Positions 53,711 through 64,000 of a stretch of DNA of 64,000 bases are shown piece by piece. The DNA lies in NCBI RefSeq assembly GCF_009914755.1, contig NC_060930.1, one strand, 5' to 3'. The notes beneath the pieces are model-generated. The model was not told where the DNA came from. It did not search any database and saw nothing but the letters and a program-made list of their open reading frames with translations. Each line of letters opens with the position of its first letter. Position 1 is the first letter of the stretch. This DNA comes from the human T2T-CHM13v2.0 reference genome, Homo sapiens. The position numbers and the translations under genes are program-made.

Positions 53711-55907
53711 CAACTTTAACAGCATCTTTTCTGTAAAGGAAGTCAGTAAAAGGCTGCTCTATTTCAGAATCAATCTAAAGAGAGTTATGCAAGTAAAAAT
53801 GGTCTTTTCATAACATTTTTTCAGGAAGATGATCCCTATATCGGACCCCAATAATGAAATTAAACTACATTTTAGTACAGCAATTACAAAACATCTTTTT
53901 TCTTTATAGAAGCAATGCATGCTTTTTAAAATAAAATAGTAATACATAGATAGCCAATATATACAGTGAATGTAAGTTGAGTTCTTCAATGCCCCATGAT
54001 CTGCTCCTTCTTCACATCTTATCTTCCTCTCTGGTGGAACCCCAGAGACTTCTTTGTTAAACCCAAGGCTTCACATAACACAGTGGAAAACTTATTGCTA
54101 TAAATTAGACATAACTAACCTCGGTTAATAGAGAATAAGCAATTGAAGTAGATTGTGCCAGTCCTGGACAATCAGTAGTGGTAGAATTGAAGTAAATTTA
54201 AAACTTCATACCATTCCCTCAAGGATTAAAATTCAATGAAAAAAAAGTAGGCCAAAGAAAACACTTCTATAAATTATATTTTGTCCTTGAGGGGTATTTT
54301 TGTATTGTATTCTAGGCTACATGCTGTTACATCATTAAAGGAAACTTTGTTTATTCTTTCTAACTAGAACATTTATCCCAGAAGCCAGCAAGCACCTCAA
54401 TATTAGGTCTTATAATATGATAAAGTTTCACCTCCTTTTATCAATGTAGAGAAGTAGTTTCTTATCTTCCCTGGTGACATTCTGGCTTTTGGCATCCTTC
54501 TTGAATATAGGGTATAAAGTCTCCTTTTGATTTGAAGAACTTGTGCCTTCTGATATATCCCTGCAAGTTTGGGACCATATTTGGTATGCATTGTGTGTAA
54601 GCTTTGCTTAGTGAAGCACAGTTTGTCCATAAACGAGGCTCATCCTTACCAGACAAACTCTGGGATTATAAATACACATAATACTCTTAGCCCTTAGTAA
54701 TAGAGGTCAAAAGATAATCACTGGGTGGGATAAAATGTGAAGGTATAATCCAGAATAGTCTTAAAAGAAGGTTCTTAGAATAGTTGCAGATAATATACAT
54801 TGTAGTAGAAGGGTGTGGAAAATAAAATTAAGAAAGAAAGTAATAATAAAATAGAGAAAATGGTGAATGGAAGTCAATGATAAGGTAAACATATCTGGAA
54901 ATTAATTCATGTCAAATTTTGTGTATATATAATATTTTCCCCTCATTACAAAATTATGCCATATACCTTTCTAAAAAGAGAAAATAATATAATGTAATAT
55001 ATTGTAAAACTCATTGCATATTTTGTCCTGATGCTATTAAAAAGTATTTCCCACCTAAAGTTTATGCCACATGCATTTTATACTATGAGAAACTGCATTT
55101 GAATATAAATTTATGCACTTTTATCTCAATGTCTGGATTTCAACCTCTTGCAAATTAGCAATTAAATTGAACTAGATGCACTCGTGATGTGATTTAAATG
55201 CCATTTGACTCTTTCAGAGCACTCATAAATATGATTTTATTTTCATGGATTATAATGATAAATCCCCCAAATGTAGACTTATTTTTTATTTCTTCAAGTA
55301 ACAAAGGAATATAGAATTTAGAATTATGAATAATGGAGATTTATTCTTAAAGTATTCTTTTAATTTTACATTCATTATATTTTGTGTATGTGAGAGAGTT
55401 ATACTTCACACTCAGAAAAAGTGATATAGCTACTAGTTAATGTGGTAGTGTGATTTTACTAGTTACTTTACCTGAGCTAGCCAAACATTACTCAGTTTTC
55501 ATATTTTCTTCTGCATAGTTTGAACGTGACAGCTCTCTTTTTTAATTGCATTAGCTTTGACAGTCATAAGGAGATGAAAGCATTTTAAATGATACCATAA
55601 TGAAAAATACAGAGGTTTGTTTGCTTTTTCTATTAGGTATGGTTGAGCATAAAAACTCATATTTTCAGTTTTGTTTTGATGCATTGGTACTTCACTTCCT
55701 TGCATGAACTGACGGAACTGTGGAAGAGTATTATGTCTACACCTGATTATGAGTATCGGCACCAGACAATTAGTAAAGCTTCATTCTATTACAGTTCATG
55801 CCTGAAACAGTCCCCAGCACTCACTGGTTGACTAAGTGAACCTTTCAAAAACAGAAGTTCATTACAAAGATGAAAAACATTTAAAAGCTAATCTTAGTTT
55901 TAAAACT

Positions 55908-56226
55908 GGCCGGGGACAGTGGTTCATGTCTGTAATCCCACTACTTTGAGAGGCAAAGCCAGGAGGATTGCTTGAGGCTAGGTGTTCAAGATCAGCCTTG
56001 ACAAAACAGTGAGACCCCAGCTATATTAAAAAATAAAATAAAATTAGCTGAGTCTGGTGGCACGCAACTGTAGACTTAGCTACTTAGGAGGCTAAGGCAG
56101 GAGGATTGCTTGGGCCCAGGAGTTCAAATTTGCAATGAGCTATGATCATATGATCAATCCACGGCACTTCAGCCTGGGTGACAGAGAAAGGCATTGTCTC
56201 TGAAATAAATAAATAAAAATAAAAAA
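55908..56226 (+). mobile_element. AluJ (Jo-like)
   Basis: 'ggccggggacagtggttcatgtctgtaatccc...gcccaggagttcaaatttgcaatgagctatgatc...' with (AAAT)n tail. Confidence 0.93.
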
Positions 56227-57138
56227 GAACCTTAGTCTACATATCCCTACAAGAGATGAATATTATCATTCCCTTTATACTAATTTTTGGGAACAATTTT
56301 TTGTGTGGACGGCATTGGTGAAAAAACACTTGTGGCTACATTTTACATTGGTTCTTTAGAATCATAGCAAATAAATTCTAATAGTATGCAAACAAAACGA
56401 AAACAAAGAAGTAGTAATCCTTTATTAATCACATAGTTTTGCTTTAGTAATTTCTATCATGTTTTATTTGCAAGCATAATGCAGTTATATCTTTGATCTT
56501 TTTAATAGTAAGTTCGCTTTCTGTAAAAGTAATGAAAATTTAACTGCCTTTTCAATTCTTATTAGGTGTATGATATTTAATTTAAACATATAGGATTAAT
56601 TAAATATATACTAAGCCTATTAATGACATCCTATTAAACACTATTAGCTTCCTGTATTACAATTAATTAGATGTATACTAATTATTAAGACAATAATATA
56701 TAAGTATATAGTTATATTTAATTATATTAATCAATTTATGGAAATTTAAATTTATGAATTTATATTTTAATATCTTCATTTTTTAAACTAGTAATTATAG
56801 ATTTGTAACATTTGTAATATGTGTAGGTAATCAACATAAATACAATTTCTATAACTTTTCTCTGTTTCTAACAGATTTAAATTTTTTCATTTGATTTACA
56901 TTCATTTTTCTGAAATAGTAGCATTAATTTCTCTTTTTTCCTGAGCTTAGACTCCTCAATACCCCTATTTATAGATTCCAAGTCCATAACGTGTTACCTT
57001 GGAAACTATTTAAAGAGCATCGTCTCTTTACTATTTGTTTTTATCGGATCATAAAACTGCCTTTTTTCTCCTTCAGCTACTGCTTCAAATAACTCAGTAC
57101 TGTGAGAACTGATAAGCTCAGGGCTTATGCCAGTATTA

Positions 57139-57140
<2 letters not shown>

Positions 57141-57193
<53 letters not shown>

Positions 57194-57219
57194 CGCGCGC
57201 GCGCGTGCGCGCACATGCA
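57141..57219. repeat. (GT)22(GC)10 compound repeat; 79-bp alternating purine-pyrimidine tract
   Basis: Direct inspection. Confidence 0.97.
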
Positions 57220-57498
57220 AGAGCATTCTCATGAGTATGTGTAGATATATGTGTGTTTATGTTTTGTGAGTGACTACTAAAAATTAATCATTATGTCTTA
57301 TACATTTCCTCACACCATTATGATTTTGGGGGACTACCTGTGTGTTGAAAAACTGGTTTTTGAAATGACTTCTTGTATGAATAGTCTAATATCTGAATCT
57401 GTAGTATGTAGTATTTTACCAGTACAAGATATATAGCATTGTAATACTTTATCTCAGGCAGTCTGAGGTTATTTTTAGCTCTAATTTTCTCTATAAAA

Positions 57499-57695
57499 GG
57501 CAGCACAATACAGTGACAAAGAATATTAGCTCTGGGGCTGCACTGCCTAAATTGAATTCTGGTTCACCACATACTAGTTGTTTGACCTTGGACAAGCTAC
57601 TTAATGCTCTGTGACTTATCTGTAAAATGGGGTTAATAAAAGTGCTTGCCTCATAGGCTTATCAGTCAATTCTTGTAAGTACCTAGAATACGTGG
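57499..57695 (+). mobile_element. MIR
   Basis: 'gacaaagaatattagctctgg...tactagttgtttgaccttggacaagctacttaa...atctgtaaaatggggttaataa'. Confidence 0.85.
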
Positions 57696-57953
57696 TTAAT
57701 GGATGCCAGGGGTCTAACCAACTGGCTTGAAAAAGATTGATCTTAAACTTTAATTAATGCCTGTGGATATACACTCCTGATGATCTAAAGAGAAATTTAA
57801 TTTACATCAACAAATTCACAGTCTGGGTGTTAAATGTGAATAAAATCAAATAGTTAACTGCATAAATACTATAGATTTCAAGATTTATTTTTCAGTCCAA
57901 ATTTTGAAGTCAAAGTATAATGAATTTATACCAGACCCTCAGGAAGTTATTAG

Positions 57954-58309
57954 CATAGTGTCTGGCATATGATAAAGTCTCAATAAAGAGTGAAATTAAT
58001 AATCATTGTGTGATTGAGACTCACTAGCACTAGTAATTAGGATGATAATATCACATGGAGGAAAACTATCAGAGTCCATACTTGTTATTTTTGTCAATCT
58101 TGTTCTATTATGAATCAGTAAGAGCAACTTATGGAATGACCATTCATGCTTTAGCATGTGCATCTTAACATCTATAGAATCTTTCCATGATATGTTTTGT
58201 TGTAAATAAATATTTATTGACATAATTTATTATTTACTTGTAATAAGGCATTTAGTATGCATATTTACTATTGAAATGAAGCAACATTAGGGTTTTAAAA
58301 TGTTCCTTT
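57954..58309 (-). repeat. Inverted duplicate of 59923-60279, flanked by a 28-bp direct repeat
   Basis: Manual alignment: 16 substitutions and 2 small indels over ~355 bp; flanks tttataccagaccctcagga(a/g)gttatta at 57925-57952 and 58307-58334. Confidence 0.95.
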
Positions 58310-59224
58310 ATACCAGACCCTCAGGAGGTTATTAATTATTTTTGGATATCCTTGCAAATAGTCCACTTCACAGTAATTCACACTGGTTTTGATATTTTAA
58401 GATTCTTACTGTACGAAAGGTATTTATTAATTAAGTTAGAGTCTTTGAGTATCTCATCTGCATTATGGATTCAGATATGCTTGCCCGGATAAAGCATTAG
58501 ATTTTTAAATTCTTCATGTCACTTAGGACATTTTTACTTGATATCACTTTTTAAGGTGAATTCATTTGTAGGAAAAAAAGCAAATGAAAAGCAGAAAAAT
58601 TAGTTAGTTAATTAGCTTGGGATTAGCCATGGATTTTGTCCATATGAGAAAATTCAGTGACCTTAAGTAATGATTTATTTTATAAGAACTCACAGACCTT
58701 TATTTATTACTATGTTACATTGTAAAAATGCTTCACCTGAGCCTTGGTTTCTTCAATACACCATGGAGCTAAAAAGTTTTATTTTGCAGGATTCTGTATA
58801 TATTGCAGTTTTATTATAAAGCACACTTAAAGAAGGCTAATAAACTCCTCATTGATATGCAATAAATATTAGTTTCTCTATTTCCTTTGTGGAAACCATG
58901 AAATTATATATATATATAATTTTTGAACACTTTTATCAAATTAATTTTTAAAAGCACTCATTTACTAAATATGACTACAGTGGAAAGAAGGACTTAATAG
59001 TAATTTAGATTATGCTTCATCAATCATTAGAGGAAATGTGAGATTGGATCAAAGAAACAAGTCATCTTCCAAGAATAGTTGCTCTGAAACTGTCATTTTT
59101 TATTTCAGTGTGAATATTACATTGAGTAATTGCAGTATATTTTGTTCTGTGTGGCCCCTAACATTTGCATTCCCTCTTATTGGGAGGAAAGATTTATTGC
59201 TGCCACCCTAATAGTACAGTGAGT

Positions 59225-59480
59225 CTTTATTCAGTGAGTGTTCACTGTACACCAGGCACTGTGTTAGCCACTTTACAGGCATTTTTTCTTACAATTCTTA
59301 CAACCAACTTGCAATGTGAGCATTCCTATTATCCACATTCACATTTAAGCATAAAGAAGTTAAGGTTTATGGGATGTAAAGACTTGCCCAAAGTCATACA
59401 GATTTAAAATGCCAGACCCAGTATTTGAACTCAGGCCTTATTTCAGAGCCTCTAGTCCATGCCTCTATGTACTATATCTC
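59225..59480 (-). mobile_element. MIR
   Basis: 'ttattcagtgagtgttcactgtacaccaggcactgtgt...gacttgcccaaagtcatacag...gtatttgaactcagg'. Confidence 0.85.
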
Positions 59481-59922
59481 TGTTCATTTTCTCACTCCAA
59501 TTTCCACTTAATATTTTGTTCTTTGAAACTAATGAATGAACCTCATCACTTGTAACTGCACACTTTGAAGCCTGAATATCTCTGGGGCAGGAAATGAAAA
59601 CTTAGCATGAGAGAGACAGAACATGCTATGAAAATGTAAGTCTGTGTGTCATGTCAGGCAACTTCATGAGCAGCAATTCCTTCAAAATTCTTATTCTAAT
59701 TTCATTAAGGGAAGTGAAAGGGAGGATTTTGAGGGTGCTTCTAGTTTTCAGCTGGTGCCTTAGTGTCTTGTTTTGGAAATCACTTTCTTATGTCTAAGGA
59801 AGTAAATAATGAAAAATTACAATGGACATAAATAATAAGTTAATAGGATCATTGTGGGGATACTTATTTCATTGTCATTAATTTCTTAATTTTTTTGACC
59901 TTCCTTAGAGACTATGTCATAA

Positions 59923-60279
59923 AAAGGAACATTTTAAAACCCTAATGTTGCTTCATTTCAATAGTAAAGGTGCATACTAAATGCCTTATTACAAGTAAAT
60001 AATAAATTACATCAATAAATATTTATTTACCACAAAAGATATCATGGAAAGATTCTATAGATGTAAGATGCACATGCTAAAGCATGAATGGTCATTTTCC
60101 ATAAGCTGCTCTTACTGATTCATAATAGAACAAGCTGGACAAAAATAACAAGTATGGATTCTGATAGTTTTCCTCCATGTGATACTATCATCCCAGTTTC
60201 TAATGCTAGTGAGTCTCAATCACACAATGATTATTAATTTCACTCTTTATTGAGACTTTATCGTATGCCAGACACTATG
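59923..60279 (+). repeat. Donor copy of the inverted duplication
   Basis: Reverse complement of 57954-58309; runs seamlessly into the MIR at 60245-60440. Confidence 0.93.
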
Positions 60280-60440
60280 ATAAATAGCTTACACATAAAT
60301 TATTTTTTTCAGCTCTTCATTCCCATTTCAGAAGTGAGGAAATTTAAGCTTGAAGAAGTTTAGTAACTTGTTCAGTGACAGGCAAGTAATAGTATGAAGT
60401 TGGAATGTCTGACTCCAAAGCCTAGTATCTTATTTGCTAT
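60245..60440 (-). mobile_element. MIR
   Basis: 'tttattgagactttatcgtatgccagacactatg...cccatttcagaagtgaggaaatt...tctgactccaaagcc'. Confidence 0.75.
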
Positions 60441-61291
60441 GTTTTTTTTTTTACAATTTGTTGCATATTTTCTTTTGTTTTGTAAATAATAATATTGAAA
60501 AATATGAAACACAAATAAATAGAAGTGTTTGTTGTATAGCTTTTTATAAGACTAGGTTTTTATGTTAGCAAAATAAATATAATATTAAAAAGAAAATATT
60601 TTACACCTTTAATGTACCAATGGAAAATTCTTTCAAAAAAATTCAGAAAATTATAGCCAATTGCCCCCTAATTATCTGTGGTGTTTAATTCAATGCCTAA
60701 TCTATTATCTGTGAAATAGAAAAAACAAAAATACTTTCATATTCATAATTAGACTTTAGTACTCAGTAGTAAGAAAAAAGAAAATATTGCATATATGATT
60801 CTGTTGTTGTTGGTAGCAGCATGCAAATTTCTGCATACCTTGTTTATAACTGACATTAAAAGTTCTATGTTTTCCTCTTGCTTCTTTAGCAACCATATCA
60901 ACATGCTTTTGGGGAATAAGAAATGCCAAGTTATATCATGTATGACAGAGTTTTCCTGGAAATATTTGTACATGTGAAGCATACTATATATGTCATGGGG
61001 AAAAAGAGGATATATGTAAATGTATAGCTTTACGTTTCTGGTACTGAGCTTGGAAAAATGGTAGAAGTTTTCAGGGATGCCATTTAGTGTTGGATTGCTG
61101 CACAGTGTATTTGCATTATTTGCAATAACTGAAGTATTTAGTATTTGTGCAGGCATCCTTGTATTTAATATTGTTAATATTTATGTTAATTAAGAGAGAA
61201 CTATAAAGAAGCAGATCAGTCAGTTGCAGAAATCATCTGTAAACAGCTTTTCTACAAAGGTTCAGGATGTTGCTCCCAAGGAAAGACACCG

Positions 61292-62402
61292 TTACATGAC
61301 CTCTGATTAATCTCTTCCCTCTTATTTGATTTCTTTGAATAAATAGATTGCTCTACGTTCTCAAAGTAAAAAGGGTGATATATTCTAATATTGCTGTACC
61401 ATTTTAAATTGCATAGATAAAAGCCTATTTAGTGGGGCATAAGATCACCATAAGCCTCTTGGCAGTTTTCAGCGAATTCATACATATCAAAAGGGACTCA
61501 AAGAAAAATAACAAAGAGCAAAAATAATGAGCCCGTCAAAGCAAATGCTTAATGCAGCTCCACTTTGGTATTAATCAGACTGTATGTGGGTGAGGGTCAA
61601 ACCAACCGAGGTCAATAGAGAGGATTTTGGTAAAGACGAAAAAAGAACTAAGCTAGTGATTTCAGACAGATTGAATTTTTTTTAAAGTGAAATAGGAAGG
61701 TCACAAAATCAGATTCAGTTTGCAGAAGCACAGTGGGCAAGTTTTAATGACTTCTCAGTAGAGCTTTTTAAGAGAGGCACTTGAGTTTGAACTATCTAAA
61801 CTAAACTTTTAAAAAATCAACAGGAAAAGGGAAGGAATATTTGTAAAGATTAAATAAACTTATAAAACTTGCTTTTATTGAAGAATTTCACTACTTTGGA
61901 AGATTAAAGTAGCTTCCTTAAAAAGGAGATTTTAAATGTGTGCAGATTTTATTTAACACATAATTTAGATATTGCTTTATGTCACAGAAGAGCAGTATGT
62001 GCATATGTGTGCACATATAATTGTAAAGATGTCTTTATAAGATACTTTCCATAATTAAATATAGGTGATTTGAATATTTATAAGACTTTAAAAATGTTTC
62101 TGTAAATTGTATATTCTGAGCTTGCTAAATCCCTCTTTGACAAATCCTGAATGGGAGAGAGCCAATAACATTCTTTTCCTCTATCAAACCATTCTTACTC
62201 TACATATTCTTCTTCTGCTTTCTAGCAGAAGAAGAAAAAAAAAGAATGAGGAGGAATAAGAAGAGGAGGAGGAAGGAAAGAAGAACAGAAACACAAAATC
62301 TTACTGTGTCATTACATGACCTATGATTAATCTCTTCCATCTTATTTACATTTTGGATAAATAGGTGACTCTATTTTCTCAAAGTAAAAAGGAAGATATA
62401 TT
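61292..62402 (+). repeat. Dispersed direct repeat of ~92 bp (61292-61384 and 62312-62402)
   Basis: ttacatgacct(c/a)tgattaatctcttcc(c/a)tcttattt...ttctcaaagtaaaaagg..gatatatt in both copies. Confidence 0.9.
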
Positions 62403-62809
62403 TACTTACTTGCCAATTATCTTATTGAAGTGTTAAAGTTTTATTTTTCTCTGGATTATTTTAAGATGTACTTACTATTAATTCATTTTATTGAAAGTTG
62501 ACATGGTAAACTATATTTCCAGGACTATAGAAGATTCAAAGATGATAAAATATGTATGGCCTTTTCTTCACAGGCTTTAAAATCTAATGACAATTTCATA
62601 AGCAACCATAAATTTGAACATTTTTGATATCTGTAACAATATAGTACTTTATGTAAATGGTTATAGCAAAAATAATGCCATAGTTCTATGAGGAAAGAAA
62701 TTTTAAAATTCCTGATTCTTCTCCTTTAGAAATATGTACATATTTATCTATCTATGCATAGATACTATTTCTTGAAATATAGTTAAATCTATTATACTTC
62801 CATCATATT

Positions 62810-63155
62810 AGGCTATATATGCATGCTTCTATATATATATTAATATATATGTTAACATACAGAATAAAAATAAATATATATGTTCTACTAGCAAATAATG
62901 TATTTGCTCTATTATTTAATATAAATAGGTACATTGATATATATTATACACACATATATTAATATACATTGTATACAAATATGAATATATACATTATAAA
63001 CAAATGTATATATCTATATATACATTACATACAATGTATATACATACATATATACAAATGTGTATATAAATATATACATTATATACAGATATATACATTA
63101 ATATACATTATATACAAATACATACATTATAAATGAATGTATACATATATACATT
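62810..63155. repeat. TA/TACA-rich low-complexity repeat
   Basis: Direct inspection. Confidence 0.85.
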
Positions 63156-63589
63156 CTACTGGCAAATATTACATTCTGTCCATTCATAATGCCACCCATT
63201 ACTTCACTCAAGCATCCTAGATTATTGTATAATTGGACTTTATGCCAATAGTCATTCCTAATCTCTCCATGATACGAAGTTCAACATCTGCTTTTTTAGG
63301 TTCCAAATGATAGGACCTTTAACTACATTTCTAGCCTCATTTTATCTTCCTTTGTATTTTTAGTACATAATGTTATACATAGCAGTGTTCATTAAATGAA
63401 ATAATTCATAACAAATGAAATGATAAATCTTTTTCATGCATATGTATGGTTTTCAAGCAATAATAGTGAATAATTTGTTTTTCTCTTGCTCCTGAATTAT
63501 AAAAATTATGGTAGAAATGAACTAGCATTTTAAATACTTTTTTTATATCACAAAAATGACTGAATTCTTATTAAATTATGTGATTTTTA

Positions 63590-63770
63590 AACTCACAATA
63601 ATCTTGGAAATTAGACACAGCAAGAGTTAGTATTCTGACTTATAAAGGGGAAATTTTGTCTAAGATAGATAAAGGGGTTTGTGCAGGATTTCTCCCCTAG
63701 CAAATGATGAACTAGCACTGGAATTTAGGATTCCTGACCATCTGTGCTTTGTCTTTTTCCATTAGAGCTA
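63590..63770 (-). mobile_element. MIR (degraded)
   Basis: 'ctcacaataatcttggaaattag...ctagcaaatgatgaactagcactggaatttaggattcctgac'. Confidence 0.6.
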
Positions 63771-64000
63771 GGATGAACATATGCCCCATTTTTTCCAGAA
63801 AATTTCACTTAATACATAGCATCTTGAATTGATAATTAATTGTGCCCTATTTCACTCTCCTGTCCTGGTTTAAACAATAAATTATAGGGCAACCATAACT
63901 ATAGCTCACAGTAAGAAATAAGAGAAAAATAGAAGTAGGCTATACCCAGGATAAGTAATTTTGATATCAAGGTTGATCAGATCATATTAACTTGTTACCA

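Noticed and set aside
54403-54670. GC-richer patch with two minus-strand ORFs, possible pseudogene fragment
   Set aside because: No protein family recognised, and no poly(A) or TSD; would need tBLASTx
57925-58334. 28-bp direct repeats as CRISPR repeats or a novel transposon TSD
   Set aside because: Only two copies with a 354-bp interval in eukaryotic DNA; the insert has no TIRs or tail and has a local donor

Overview
AT-rich, CpG-depleted primate (human-like) genomic DNA, mostly intronic/intergenic and rich in old interspersed repeats (Alu, L1, L2, MIR, MaLR/ERV LTRs, hAT-Charlie). There are no bacterial-type features, CRISPR arrays or tRNA/rRNA genes. The supplied ORFs are repeat-derived or chance. 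Two themes stand out. (1) The repeat-poor segment ~3.05-6.2 kb reads like the 3' end of a + strand gene. A phase-0 acceptor at 3571 gives YTTRM*, followed by a ~1.8 kb 3'UTR-like tract and AATAAA. An internal GTAAGT donor could splice in frame to a second terminal exon at 5640 that adds 57 aa, and a MIR-overlapping 63-nt in-frame cassette candidate lies upstream. I could not name the gene. (2) The window carries repeated locally templated duplications, in which non-repeat or copy-specific DNA was copied from 0.5-2.7 kb away, direct or inverted. The clearest is a ~355-bp, ~95%-identical inverted copy flanked by a 28-bp direct repeat (57.9-60.3 kb). These look like repair/template-switch scars, not a proven new system. 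Repeat subfamily names come from recall of consensus sequences and should be confirmed with RepeatMasker/Dfam.
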